Source: a candidate division FCPU426 bacterium (GTDB lineage: Bacteria; Oederibacteriota; Muellerivitia; Muellerivitales; Muellerivitaceae). From it: a DNA stretch of 64,000 bases. The notes below the pieces were generated by a model. It was not told the origin of the DNA. It saw only the letters and a list, made by a program, of their open reading frames with translations, and searched no databases. Each line of letters begins with the position of its first letter. Within the stretch, counting starts at the first letter, position 1. The stretch covers positions 1-64,000 of the forward strand of contig CAVYSE010000005.1 in the NCBI GenBank assembly GCA_963771075.1, read 5' to 3'. Below, one piece after another: positions 35,424 through 45,431 of this stretch. The translations under genes were made by a program, and so were the position numbers.

Positions 35424-36374
35424 ATGTTTCGCAAGGAAATCAAGGTTTTGGATTGCACCATCCGCGACGGTGGATTGATCAATAATTACCAGTTCTCCGA
35501 GAGTTTCGTGAAGGCCGTTTATGCCGCTGTCGCCGACGCGGGAGTGGACATCATCGAGCTGGGAAAGAAATTGGTGGAGAGCGACGAATACCCCCGGTCC
35601 AAATTCGGCCCCTGGAATTATTGCGACGAGGAACTTTTAAAGCGGATCGTTGGAAGTTACAAGGGAAGCTCCCACCCCCAAGTGGCCGTCATGTTCGACA
35701 TCGGGCGCATTGATTTGAAGGGCATGGTCGCTAAAAAAGACAGTCCAGTGGACATGATCCGCACGGCCTGTTACGTGCCCCAGATCGACAAGGCCCTGGA
35801 CGCGGTCAAACGGTCGAAGGACCAGGGTTACCAAACATCGCTCAACATCATGGCGGTTTCTGCGGCTATCGAGACCGAACTCAACGAGGCCTTGGAGGAC
35901 GTGTCCAAAGCGCCCGAGGTGGATTGTCTTTACCTGGTGGACACCTATGGGGCCTTTTATTCCGAGCAGATCACCTACTACCTGGAACTCTATAAAAAAT
36001 ACGTTCCGGTCGCGAAATTGGGCTTCCACGGCCACAACAATATCCAATTGGCCTATGCCAATACCCAGCAGTGCATCATTGAGGGCGTGAACATGCTCGA
36101 CGCCACGATCAATGGGATGGGGCGGGGCGCTGGCAATTGCCCCCTGGAGCTGCTGTTGGGATTTTTAAAGAACCCCAAATTCAATGTTCTGCCCATTTTC
36201 AAGGTCATTCAGGAGCAATTTGTGCCCCTGCGCAAAGAGATGGAGTGGGGTTTCAATGATATTTACTGCATTTCCGGGTTGCTCAACCAGCATCCCCGCG
36301 ACGCGATCAAGTGGCGTGAGGACAAAGGGAAGATGGAGAATTGTTACGACTTTTACTTGGAAAGTTCCAGCTAG
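35424..36374 (+). CDS. DRE-TIM metallolyase (4-hydroxy-2-oxovalerate aldolase-like)
   Basis: 'LDCTIRDGG', 'GFHGHNN', 'GMGRGAGNCPLE'. Confidence 0.82.
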   Translation: MFRKEIKVLDCTIRDGGLINNYQFSESFVKAVYAAVADAGVDIIELGKKLVESDEYPRSKFGPWNYCDEELLKRIVGSYKGSSHPQVAVMFDIGRIDLKGMVAKKDSPVDMIRTACYVPQIDKALDAVKRSKDQGYQTSLNIMAVSAAIETELNEALEDVSKAPEVDCLYLVDTYGAFYSEQITYYLELYKKYVPVAKLGFHGHNNIQLAYANTQQCIIEGVNMLDATINGMGRGAGNCPLELLLGFLKNPKFNVLPIFKVIQEQFVPLRKEMEWGFNDIYCISGLLNQHPRDAIKWREDKGKMENCYDFYLESSS

Positions 36375-36397
36375 AACCAGGAATAATGGTCCCGCCC

Positions 36398-36434
36398 AAA
36401 AAGGCATGACCCAATCCTTGGGGTTATGCCTTTT
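36398..36434. terminator. Intrinsic terminator
   Basis: AAAAAGGCATGACCC..GGGTTATGCCTTTT just after the stop codon. Confidence 0.75.
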
Positions 36435-36551
36435 GTGTTTTTAGGCTCTATCAAAGGCTTTTACCAGGGGTCCCCTTTGGCGGTCACTGAGGCAAAGTAA
36501 AAAAATATAAATTTATCCCCAAATCTTTGATTCTTTCGTCAGTGCGTGTCT

Positions 36552-36600
36552 GTCCCCCTTTTGCTTAAGGGACCAAAAAAATCGGGAATCGCCGAATTTT
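36552..36600 (-). repeat. Two-hairpin element, partial copy F
   Basis: Minus strand TTCGGCGATTCCCGATTTTTTTGGTCCCTTAAGCAAAAGGGGGAC-AGACAC. Confidence 0.5.
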
Positions 36601-36723
36601 GACGGTTGATCTTAGTCCTTCCCCCAACCAAAAACTGGACATCTAAAACTCAGTTTGGGTCATTTGCCCACTTTAAGATTCTCATGAAAACGTTTTTTTC
36701 CCCGCTTGTGTCATGCTGCGTGC

Positions 36724-36738
36724 TGGCACGTCCCTTGC
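36724..36738 (+). promoter_or_regulatory. Sigma54 (-24/-12) promoter
   Basis: TGGCACG-TCCC-TTGC, exact consensus spacing, ~40 bp before the ATG at 36777. Confidence 0.85.
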
Positions 36739-36776
36739 GATAACAGCCCATAACTTTTTCTGAGTATCAGGAGGGA

Positions 36777-37160
36777 ATGAATGCCGTGTCGATCCGTTTG
36801 TATTGTGTTTCCCGCGAATCGGGGAAAAGCATGACCCAATTCACGCGCAGGGAAGCGATCGTCAAACTTTTAAGGGAACTCAACAGTTTGGGGGCCAAAC
36901 TTATCTTTCGAAAGCCCAACTCCCATGAGGATACCCTTAAATTGATCGCCCTTTACCAGGTCTGGAGCCAGGTGGCGGCGGATGTGGCGGGGGAATGGGC
37001 AAAATCGAACTATGAATTGGCCAAACAATTGGTGGCGGACATGAAGGAGAACGATTCGCCCGAATCGGCCTTGAACCGGCTAACCTTGGCCTTGGCCATG
37101 GCGACCCAACACCTGGAACAGGAATTGGAAACCATCGTTCGTGATTTCAAGGACCCCTAA
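36777..37160 (+). CDS. Hypothetical helical protein homologous to the CheA N-terminal extension
   Basis: RBS AGGAGG; 'TLKLIALYQVWSQVAADVAGEWA' aligns with CheA 'TLKLASLYHTWSQVASQVCGGWA'. Confidence 0.8.
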   Translation: MNAVSIRLYCVSRESGKSMTQFTRREAIVKLLRELNSLGAKLIFRKPNSHEDTLKLIALYQVWSQVAADVAGEWAKSNYELAKQLVADMKENDSPESALNRLTLALAMATQHLEQELETIVRDFKDP

Positions 37161-37456
37161 CGCAAACCCATTCATTTGAAACCATTTTGGGTTCGGGAAT
37201 TCGCCCATCGTCGCGGGGTGATAGGTTTTCCACTCGGAAGGCTGGGCAAGCGAATCTTAACCCTGTGGGGCCCCGGGCTTGAACGGGAGAATCCACCAAA
37301 CCGTTCATCTGTGTCTCTGTGGTTAAAGGTGTTTTTGCCACGGTCCTAAAATTTTAGGCGTTCAGAAACTGGACGGGCGTACAGCACCTGAACAATGAAT
37401 TGCCCCGATATTTTAAAAATTCTCTTTTTTAACCATCAAAAAGGCCAAGATGAATT

Positions 37457-37471
37457 TGGCATAAGGTTTGC
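37457..37471 (+). promoter_or_regulatory. Sigma54 (-24/-12) promoter of the chemosensory operon
   Basis: TGGCATA-AGGT-TTGC, ~45 bp before the ATG at 37515. Confidence 0.75.
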
Positions 37472-37514
37472 GTTAGGACTATTCCGCCATTTTAAAAATG
37501 CTCGGGAGAACTCT

Positions 37515-38003
37515 ATGACGCCTTATCCAGTCAAACCCCAGAAGCGGGAAGAACATCCCCCCGCCGAGATGAACGCCTTGATGGAAGCCATGCGTTACGT
37601 ATTGGAAACCTGGTCCTACCTACCTTCCGGGCATATTGGACAGCCGGTGGAAGGGCCGGCCAAGCTGGGCATGGAAAGGTCCGTCCGAATTACCGGCCGG
37701 GCCAACGCTTTTCTCAACCTTCGCACCCTTCCCGAACTGGGTTCAATTCTTTACCAATATGCCCGCGGGGAAGAAGGAGGCCAGGAAGGGGCGGAGGACG
37801 CCTTTAACGAGTTCGTGAACATCTATTGCGGGCACCTGATGACCTATCTTTGGGGCAAAGACCGGGCCCAATTCAATCCCTACCTGCCTGTCCCAAGCAC
37901 CCCGAAGGACTGGCCCTCCGGGCCGCCTTCCGCGGCCTGTGTCTTTATTACGGAGGACATTCCACTGGAGGTCCGTTTGTGGATCGAACGGGAAACGGCT
38001 TGA
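37515..38003 (+). CDS. CheX/CheC-like phosphatase
   Basis: 'EDAFNEFVNIYCGHL' fits the D-x3-E-x2-N motif; first gene of the operon. Confidence 0.65.
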   Translation: MTPYPVKPQKREEHPPAEMNALMEAMRYVLETWSYLPSGHIGQPVEGPAKLGMERSVRITGRANAFLNLRTLPELGSILYQYARGEEGGQEGAEDAFNEFVNIYCGHLMTYLWGKDRAQFNPYLPVPSTPKDWPSGPPSAACVFITEDIPLEVRLWIERETA

Positions 38004-38004
38004 A

Positions 38005-40020
38005 ATGAATCGAAACGCCCACCGCGAAGCGCAAATCAAGCTCGAAAAAGAGCTTTCCCACCTGGGTGAGAAGTTGATGGCGTCGAAAGGCGCCACGGTG
38101 GAGGAAACCTTGAAATTGGCCTCCCTTTACCATACCTGGAGTCAGGTGGCCTCGCAGGTTTGCGGGGGCTGGGCGCACGAGAACCAGGTCATGTCCCAGA
38201 TGATCGTAAAAGGGCTGGAGGCGGGCCGCCCGGTGACGGCGGTTTTGGAACGTCTTTCCCAGGCCATGACCGAGGCGTCCCAAAATTTGGAGATGGAAAT
38301 CGCCGGGATCGTAATGGCGGCTGAGAATCAACCGTCCCTAGACCCGGCGGATGCCGTGGGAAGTGAAGACTTCACCATCGGGGAAGATAACCTGGACGGG
38401 TTCAATGATTTCGTGACGGAAGCGCCCGAACACCTGGAAGCCATCGAGCGCAATCTCCTCTCCCTTTCCCAAGAGGGTAAGGGCGATGTTTTAGCGGTGT
38501 TTCGCGCCTTTCATACCCTCAAGGGCATTTCGGGTTTTATGGGGTTGACCCAGCTCTCCGCCTTGAGCCACAAGGCGGAGGCGATGCTGGAACCTTTCAA
38601 GCAAGGCCAGGGCCGCCCCACCGAGAAACAATTGGATTGGCTTCTTCGGGTTTGCGACCAGGTTCGGGAACAGGTGAAGGCGATCCACCAAGGCATTCCT
38701 TCCCGTCGTTTTAAGGTGTTCCCCTTTGAGGGGCTTTTTCAATCCGGGCAAGGCCCATCGGCGTCCAGTCCGTCGGCCGAAACCCCGTCCAACGGCGACC
38801 GTGCCGGCGATAACCATTGGGAGGATGCCCGATCGGGCGACGCGTCGATACGGATCAATGTGGAAAAAATGGACATGCTCTTGGAGGCGGTGGGGGAACT
38901 GGCCATTTGCCAGAGCCAGGTTACCGAGGGCATCCTCGATTCCGGCGTTTTGGGCCATTTGGCGGGCGAAGCTTCCCGTTTATCCAAAATTTCCCGCCTG
39001 CTGCAGGAAATCATCCTCTCCCTTCGGATGGTGCCCGTTCACCCGCTGTTCCAGCGCATGAGCCGTTTGGGACGGGACCTTTCCAAAAAAACCGGAAAAC
39101 TCCTGCGTGTTGAGGTCGAGGGCGGGGAAACGGAATTGGACAAGCGCATGGTGGAGGAACTGGTCGATCCCCTGGTCCACCTGATCCGCAACGCCGTGGA
39201 CCACGGTATCGAGGACGCCCAGACGAGGTCGAAAGCGGGAAAACCCGCCGAGGCCCGGGTGGCCTTATGGGCGGGCCACCAGGGCGGGGATTTCATCCTG
39301 AAACTGGAAGACGACGGAGCGGGGTTGAATTTCGGGAAGATCACGGGCAAAGCCCGCCAGGCGGGTTACCTGGGCCCCAACGAGACGCCGACCCAGGACC
39401 AGCTCATTGAGTTCCTGTTCCGCCCGGGCTTTTCAACCGCCGATCAGGTGACCGAATATTCGGGCCGTGGGGTGGGCCTGGACGTGGTTCGCCGAAAGAT
39501 ACAGACCCTCCGGGGCACGATTGTCCTGGAGACCGAACCGGGTAAGGGGACCACTTTCAAACTACGCATTCCCCTTACTTTGGCCCTCATGGAGGCGGTT
39601 TTGGTTCGCGTCGGCAAGGAACGTTTTGTCCTGCCGGCGGCCCAGGTGATGGGTTTCCTGGCCTTGGACGAGACCGAGGAGCACTCCGTGGGCCGGGGGG
39701 CCAAGTGGCTCCACTCCCGGCAGGGACAGTGGCCCCTCATCGACCTGGAAAAAACATTCGGGGACCGGGCGGCCGCCCCAAGGCGGGGCCTGTCCCGCCA
39801 ATCGGTTGTGGTGCAGGTGGAGGCGGAAGGTCAAAGGGCCTGTCTGGTGGTGGATGAGGTGCTGGGCAAGCGCCAAGTGGTTTTGAAGGAATTGGGGGAA
39901 GCGCTTCATGCAATGCGGGGCGTGTTGGGGGGGGCCATCTTGGGCGATGGGAAGGTCGGCCTGGTTTTGGATATGGAATTTCTGATCCGGCCGATGTCGG
40001 GTCCGATTTCAATTAATTGA
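38005..40020 (+). CDS. cheA: Chemotaxis histidine kinase with an extra N-terminal domain
   Basis: Hpt 'FRAFHTLKG', 'IRINVEKMD.L...VGEL', 'HLIRNAVDHGIE', 'SGRGVGLDVV', CheW domain. Confidence 0.95.
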   Translation: MNRNAHREAQIKLEKELSHLGEKLMASKGATVEETLKLASLYHTWSQVASQVCGGWAHENQVMSQMIVKGLEAGRPVTAVLERLSQAMTEASQNLEMEIAGIVMAAENQPSLDPADAVGSEDFTIGEDNLDGFNDFVTEAPEHLEAIERNLLSLSQEGKGDVLAVFRAFHTLKGISGFMGLTQLSALSHKAEAMLEPFKQGQGRPTEKQLDWLLRVCDQVREQVKAIHQGIPSRRFKVFPFEGLFQSGQGPSASSPSAETPSNGDRAGDNHWEDARSGDASIRINVEKMDMLLEAVGELAICQSQVTEGILDSGVLGHLAGEASRLSKISRLLQEIILSLRMVPVHPLFQRMSRLGRDLSKKTGKLLRVEVEGGETELDKRMVEELVDPLVHLIRNAVDHGIEDAQTRSKAGKPAEARVALWAGHQGGDFILKLEDDGAGLNFGKITGKARQAGYLGPNETPTQDQLIEFLFRPGFSTADQVTEYSGRGVGLDVVRRKIQTLRGTIVLETEPGKGTTFKLRIPLTLALMEAVLVRVGKERFVLPAAQVMGFLALDETEEHSVGRGAKWLHSRQGQWPLIDLEKTFGDRAAAPRRGLSRQSVVVQVEAEGQRACLVVDEVLGKRQVVLKELGEALHAMRGVLGGAILGDGKVGLVLDMEFLIRPMSGPISIN

Positions 40021-40036
40021 AGGGGAGCGTTTAAAA

Positions 40037-40513
40037 ATGGAAAAGACGACGCCAATCATTCAGGGCCGGTACATCTTTTTCGCCATCGCGGGACAAGTCT
40101 ACGGCGTGGGAATACACCATGTCCGGGAGATCGTGGACTCGAAACTTTTGGAGGTGGTGGGGGACTCGTCCCTTTCGATCCGGGGTTATTTGGACCTGCG
40201 CGGAAGGAACATTCCGGTGGTGGATTTGAGGAACAAGTTGGGGATGGAAGATACCCCGATTCATCCTTGGAGCTCCGTTTTAACCATGGTGGCCAAGGGA
40301 TGGGACGGCCCCCTTTGGATGGGGCTGTTGGTGGATGGGGTGGAGCAAGTGGTTCAGGTCGCTTCCACGGACGTGGAGGCGGTTCCGGACATGGAGGAGG
40401 ACCCGAGAGGGCCGTGGCTGATGGGTTTCACCCGGCATCAAGACCGGACGGTTTTGCTGTTGGACCTGGATAAGGTGGCGAAAGAGGAAGTGGAATCGAT
40501 TCAACTCGCATAG
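40037..40513 (+). CDS. cheW: CheW adaptor
   Basis: 'VREIV', 'GYLDLRGRNIPVVDLR', 'GLLVDGV'. Confidence 0.9.
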   Translation: MEKTTPIIQGRYIFFAIAGQVYGVGIHHVREIVDSKLLEVVGDSSLSIRGYLDLRGRNIPVVDLRNKLGMEDTPIHPWSSVLTMVAKGWDGPLWMGLLVDGVEQVVQVASTDVEAVPDMEEDPRGPWLMGFTRHQDRTVLLLDLDKVAKEEVESIQLA

Positions 40514-40526
40514 GGAGGAATGAAAG

Positions 40527-42749
40527 ATGAAAAGTTTAAATTCGAGGGAGTTGTCCATGAAAAATATCGGAATGATGAGTCTGATCCTGGCCGTGGGGAT
40601 GGCGACCCCCTTGCGGGCACAATTACTGGAAGCCCAAGCGGCTCCCATGCCGCAGAAAACGGCGGTCACCTCGGCGGTGACTCCCGAGCCCGCCGGGACG
40701 GCCCAGGACCTAAGTTCGGAGAGCCTTCAGCAGTTGATGGGGCTGAATGTGGTGGTCTCCTCCTCCTCCAAGAAGGCGGAATCCCTGAGGGACGCTACCT
40801 CGGCCATCTATGTCATCACTCAGGAAGATATCCAGAGAAGCGGGGCCCAGACCGTGCCCGACCTGCTGGCCATGGTGCCAGGCGTGCAGGTCGCCCGCCA
40901 ATCGGCCAACGAATGGGCCATCAGCGCCCGCGGGTTCAACGGCCAATACAACAACAAAATGCTGGTCCTGATCGACGGCCGAAGCGTTTATGACCCGGTC
41001 ATGGGAGGCGTCAACTGGAACCAGCAGGACGTGATGATGGAGGATATCGACCACATCGAAGTCATCCGCGGGCCCGGGGGAACCCTCTGGGGCTCCAACG
41101 CGGTCAACGGCGTGGTGAACATCATCACCAAGGACTCGAAAGTGACCCAGGGTCTTTACCTGGGACTCGGGGCGGGTTCGCCCCTCTATCCCGCGGGAGT
41201 GAGCGGGACCACTTCCCTCAACGGAACGGGCGCCTTCCGCTATGGCGGAAAAATGGCCGACGACCTCTATTACCGCATCTACGGCCAGGTCAATAACGAG
41301 AACCCCTTCGCTAACGCCGAGGAGGCCTATTATTACGAGACCGGTCTGGGGACCGCCTGGAACGACGCCTGGTACGATTACCGGGCCGGGTTGCGGACCG
41401 ATTGGCATGCCGACCAGGACCAGTTCACGCTGGAAGCGGAGGCCCAGAGCGGCCATTTCAACTACGCCCGACTGACCAACAACGTGACCTCTGTCTTCAA
41501 CCCCGAAACCTTTGTCCAGGCCAACGACCTGAATACGGACATCGACCAGAACGCACATCTGCTGGGCCGCTGGACGAGGGATTTCAAGGATGACTCCCAG
41601 ATCCAGGTCTTGGCCTATTACGACTACAACAACCTGACCACGGCCAACGACAACCGAATCACCAACGTGGGACAGGCGGACCTGGAATTCCAACACCGCT
41701 TCCACTTGGGGGGAGTCAACGAGATCACATGGGGAGGCAGCTACCGGAACGTCTCGGACCAGTTTTACAACCCCATCAACTTCGATTACAGCCCGGAAAA
41801 CCAGAACCTGAACATCTATGCCGGTTTCGTCCAAGAAAAGTTGACGATCGAGGAAGCCCGGCTCTATCTGACGGGCGGGGTCAAGCTGGAGAACAACCCC
41901 TACACGGGAAGCGAGTGGCAGCCTTCGGGACGCCTTCTCTGGACGCCGGATGATACCAACAGCGTCTGGACGGCGGTCTCCCGCTCGGTCCGGATCCCGA
42001 CCCAATATTCGGAATCCGCATACACCTATCTTTACGGAATCCCGGCGAACGCCTATGGGCCCGGCACACCGGCGCAGAACACCTATCTGGGAGTGATTCC
42101 CAATTCCACGCTCGTGGCGGAAACACTGGTTTCCTATGAACTGGGCTACCGGACCAACCCCACCCAGGAAACCTCGGTGGATCTGGCCGGTTTTTACAAC
42201 CACTACGACAACCTGGTCTCGTTCCAGAACTACACGGGCCAGCCCGTGAATACCCCCAACGGAGGCGTCATGGACCCTTCCTGGCTCCAGGTTCTGCAGA
42301 TGCAGAACACGGGCGTGGGGAACATCTGGGGAGTGGAACTGGCGGGGCAGTGGAATCCCCTGGCCACCCTGAAGGTGAATGTGTCCTATACCTACCAGGG
42401 CTACGACCAGAACATGATCAACTCCTCCAACGCCGAACTGGGCGCGCCGCCGCCGCACAACCTGGCGAACGCGCGGGTCTATTTCGATCCCATCCAGGGC
42501 CTGGAACTCAACACCAGCTTCTACTACACCGACGCCACCTTCATGTATGACCCCCAATCGGGCAATACCATCACCTCCGACTACGTTCAATGGAACCTGG
42601 GAGCCAGCGTGAAGCCCGCGGATAACCTGGAAATTTCCCTCTGGGGCCTGGACCTGGAAGGGGCCCATGTGGAGACCCTGCAGTCGGCCTTCATTTCGCC
42701 CGCCGAAGTGGTACCGAGCGTTTACGGCAAAGTCGAGCTGCGCTACTAA
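40527..42749 (+). CDS. TonB-dependent outer-membrane receptor (start may be 40557)
   Basis: Signal peptide; plug 'YVITQEDIQRSG', 'IEVIRGPGGTLWGSNAVNGVVNIITK'; beta-barrel; C-terminal aromatic residue. Confidence 0.92.
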   Translation: MKSLNSRELSMKNIGMMSLILAVGMATPLRAQLLEAQAAPMPQKTAVTSAVTPEPAGTAQDLSSESLQQLMGLNVVVSSSSKKAESLRDATSAIYVITQEDIQRSGAQTVPDLLAMVPGVQVARQSANEWAISARGFNGQYNNKMLVLIDGRSVYDPVMGGVNWNQQDVMMEDIDHIEVIRGPGGTLWGSNAVNGVVNIITKDSKVTQGLYLGLGAGSPLYPAGVSGTTSLNGTGAFRYGGKMADDLYYRIYGQVNNENPFANAEEAYYYETGLGTAWNDAWYDYRAGLRTDWHADQDQFTLEAEAQSGHFNYARLTNNVTSVFNPETFVQANDLNTDIDQNAHLLGRWTRDFKDDSQIQVLAYYDYNNLTTANDNRITNVGQADLEFQHRFHLGGVNEITWGGSYRNVSDQFYNPINFDYSPENQNLNIYAGFVQEKLTIEEARLYLTGGVKLENNPYTGSEWQPSGRLLWTPDDTNSVWTAVSRSVRIPTQYSESAYTYLYGIPANAYGPGTPAQNTYLGVIPNSTLVAETLVSYELGYRTNPTQETSVDLAGFYNHYDNLVSFQNYTGQPVNTPNGGVMDPSWLQVLQMQNTGVGNIWGVELAGQWNPLATLKVNVSYTYQGYDQNMINSSNAELGAPPPHNLANARVYFDPIQGLELNTSFYYTDATFMYDPQSGNTITSDYVQWNLGASVKPADNLEISLWGLDLEGAHVETLQSAFISPAEVVPSVYGKVELRY

Positions 42750-42769
42750 GCGCGGGAAAGGAAAAAACC

Positions 42770-43336
42770 ATGAAAAAACGATCGATTGCTTTTCTCTCCC
42801 TTTCTCTGGGTTTGCTTTTCCTTGCCGCCGGCTCAGGGCCGGCGGCGGGGGAAGTGACCGAGTACGGGGTGAAAGCCGCCTATCTCTACAACTTCAGCCA
42901 GTTCGTGCGCTGGCCCGCGGCGGCTTTCTCCGCCGATGACTCCAATTTCGTGATCGGCGTAGTGGGGGAGGACCCCTTCGGCGCCACCTTGGACGCGGTG
43001 GTGAGCGGGAAAACCGTCGGTGGGCATCCCATGACAGTCAAACGCTTCGGGGCCTTCACCCCGGCCAAGGCGGGAGCCCTGGCGAAATGCCAGATCCTCT
43101 TCATCGCCTATTCGGAAAAAGACCAGGTCAGGGACATTTTGGCGGCCTTGGCGGGGAGCAAGGCGCTCACCGTTTCGGAGATCGAGAATTTTCCGGTCAA
43201 GGGCGGGGCCGTTCAATTTGACCAGGTCGGCCAAAAGATATCGCTGGTCTTGAATGAATCCGCGGCCAAAAAAGCGGGCCTTTCGGTCAGCGCCCAGCTC
43301 CTGCAGGTCGCCAAGCTGTTCAAATCGGAGGAGTAA
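42770..43336 (+). CDS. YfiR/DUF4154-family periplasmic regulator
   Basis: 'EYGVKAAYLYNFSQFVRWP', 'IGVVGEDPFG', 'CQILFI', 'SAQLLQVA'. Confidence 0.9.
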   Translation: MKKRSIAFLSLSLGLLFLAAGSGPAAGEVTEYGVKAAYLYNFSQFVRWPAAAFSADDSNFVIGVVGEDPFGATLDAVVSGKTVGGHPMTVKRFGAFTPAKAGALAKCQILFIAYSEKDQVRDILAALAGSKALTVSEIENFPVKGGAVQFDQVGQKISLVLNESAAKKAGLSVSAQLLQVAKLFKSEE

Positions 43337-43339
43337 ACC

Positions 43340-44872
43340 ATGCCGCGACTCAACTTCAAGAAAATGCCACTTCGGGACAAGATCATCTGGATCACGGGAA
43401 TTTCCACCACGATCTCCCTGATTTTAGCCTGCTTGGTCCTGGCCGTGAGCGAGAGGGTTTCTTATCCCAAGATTATGGCGGCGAACCTGTCCGACCTTGC
43501 CCAGGTGGTGGGGGATAACAGCACGGCGGCCCTGGCCTTCAACGATTCCAAGACCGCCCAAGGCATGCTGGATACCATGAAGGGGAACCCGCATATCGTC
43601 AACGCCACTCTTTTCGACGCCAAGGGACAGATTTTCGCGTCCTATAGTACGGATAAGAACCCCGCGGTGGTCACGGTCAAACCGGAAGGGTATGAGTTTT
43701 CGGGCGGGACCCTCAAACTTTTTCACGCCATCCAGATGGGCGGGTTGAATGAGGGAACCCTTTACCTTGAATCGGACCTGAAGGAAATGAATTCCCGCAT
43801 GGCGGCCTATTTGATGGTCACCCTGCTGGTTCTCATCCTTTCCATATTCGTCTCCTTCCTGACCTCCGCCCGCCTCCAGGCCCAGATCTCGGACCCCTTG
43901 AAAAACATCATCGGGAATTTGAACGACAGCGCCGAGCAGATGGCGTCCAGTTCGAATCAGATATCCACCGCCAGCCAGCAGCTGGCCGAGGGGGCGAGCG
44001 AATCCGCCAGCAGCCTGGAGGAAACCAGCTCTTCCCTGGAGGAAATGGCCTCCATGACCCGGCAAAACGCCGAGAACGCGCAAAGGGCGCGGGCCCTGAC
44101 CGAAGAGTCGCAGGAATCCGTCCTGAAGGGGAACCAATGCGTGGCGGAGACCCTGGCCGCCATGAAGGAGATGAATGAGAGCGCGGAAAAGGTCTCCAAG
44201 ATCCTCAAGACCATCGAGGAAATCGCCTTCCAGACCAATCTTTTGGCCTTGAACGCCGCGGTTGAGGCGGCCCGGGCCGGGGAACAGGGAAGGGGATTCG
44301 CGGTAGTGGCCGAGGAGGTTCGCAACCTGGCCCAACGCAGTTCGGCGGCCGCCAAGGACACGGCGGCTTTGATCGAGGAAAACGCCAAACGGGCCTCCCA
44401 AGGTTTGAAGGTCAGCGAAGAGGCCGGGAAGTCACTCGCCGAGATCGTGGACCGCTCCAAAAAAGTTTCCCACCTCATCCAGGAGATCGCCGGGGCCAGC
44501 GAGGAGCAATCCAAGGGCATATCGGAAGTGAACGGGGCCGTGACCCAGCTGGACACGATCACGCAACGCAACAGCGCCAACGCGGAGGAAATGTCCTCTT
44601 CCAGCGAAGAAATGTCGGCCCAGTCGAAGGTCCTGCGGGAAATGATCGGTTCCCTGGTGATGGTTCTGGAAGGCGACGGGAGGAAAAAAGAAGTTGTCTT
44701 GGCGCGGGATGAAACGATGGACCCGCGGGGGCAGGCGATCCATCACATCGCTCCCGGCAAGACAAAATCCGTCAAACGGTCCTTGTTGGTCCCCATCGGG
44801 GGGATGAAAACGGCCCAGGCCGCCGCCGGAAAGATCATCCCGCTCAGCGACGAAGAAATGCGTAATTTTTAA
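43340..44872 (+). CDS. Methyl-accepting chemotaxis protein with CHASE8 (YfiN-like) periplasmic domain
   Basis: Two TMs around '[11 protein letters not shown]...L......I..A.LFD..G..FASY'; hairpin '[34 protein letters not shown]'. Confidence 0.9.
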   Translation: MPRLNFKKMPLRDKIIWITGISTTISLILACLVLAVSERVSYPKIMAANLSDLAQVVGDNSTAALAFNDSKTAQGMLDTMKGNPHIVNATLFDAKGQIFASYSTDKNPAVVTVKPEGYEFSGGTLKLFHAIQMGGLNEGTLYLESDLKEMNSRMAAYLMVTLLVLILSIFVSFLTSARLQAQISDPLKNIIGNLNDSAEQMASSSNQISTASQQLAEGASESASSLEETSSSLEEMASMTRQNAENAQRARALTEESQESVLKGNQCVAETLAAMKEMNESAEKVSKILKTIEEIAFQTNLLALNAAVEAARAGEQGRGFAVVAEEVRNLAQRSSAAAKDTAALIEENAKRASQGLKVSEEAGKSLAEIVDRSKKVSHLIQEIAGASEEQSKGISEVNGAVTQLDTITQRNSANAEEMSSSSEEMSAQSKVLREMIGSLVMVLEGDGRKKEVVLARDETMDPRGQAIHHIAPGKTKSVKRSLLVPIGGMKTAQAAAGKIIPLSDEEMRNF

Positions 44873-44882
44873 GGAGCCTGGG

Positions 44883-45410
44883 ATGGAAAAGAGCGAAACG
44901 AAATTCGAGGGCAAATACCTTACCTTCCGGGTGGGTAAGGAGGAATACGGGGTGCAGATCCTCAAGGTTCGGGAGATCGTAGGCCTTTTGGAAATCACCG
45001 AGGTACCCATGACCACCACCCATATCCGGGGCGTCATCAACCTGCGGGGCAAGATCATACCGGTGGCCGATATGCGCCACAAACTGGGGCTTCCCCCGGA
45101 GGTTTCGACCCGGGAGAACTGCATCGTGATCGTCCTGGCCAAAGGTGCCAAGGGAGAATCCCTGGTGGGTCTGCTGGTGGACTCGGTCAACGAGGTTTTC
45201 AACCTGGCCGAAGCCGCCCTGGAGCCGATTCCCCAGTTGGGGGACGGGCGGGCCCTGGACTTCGTGCAGGGGTTGGCCCGCGTCAAGGGCCGCTTGGTGA
45301 TCTTATTGGACGTGGATGAGGTGGTGAGCGCGGAAGAGCTGGATGGGTTGGATCTGTTGAAAAAAGCATCCCTGCCGAAAGACGGGGAAGCGGTGGCGGC
45401 CAAGGTTTAA
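44883..45410 (+). CDS. cheW: CheW adaptor
   Basis: 'YLTF..G.EEYG..I..VREI', 'GVINLRGKIIPV'. Confidence 0.93.
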   Translation: MEKSETKFEGKYLTFRVGKEEYGVQILKVREIVGLLEITEVPMTTTHIRGVINLRGKIIPVADMRHKLGLPPEVSTRENCIVIVLAKGAKGESLVGLLVDSVNEVFNLAEAALEPIPQLGDGRALDFVQGLARVKGRLVILLDVDEVVSAEELDGLDLLKKASLPKDGEAVAAKV

Positions 45411-45431
45411 GGGCAAAGCGGTCGGGGAGGC

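Noticed and set aside
37170..37300. Possible SRP RNA or tRNA in a GC-rich intergenic stretch
   Set aside because: No SRP domain IV motif and no cloverleaf or T-loop; an Rfam scan would be needed to exclude other RNAs.
40710..42668. 652-aa antisense ORF opposite the TonB receptor
   Set aside because: Shadow ORF from codon bias.
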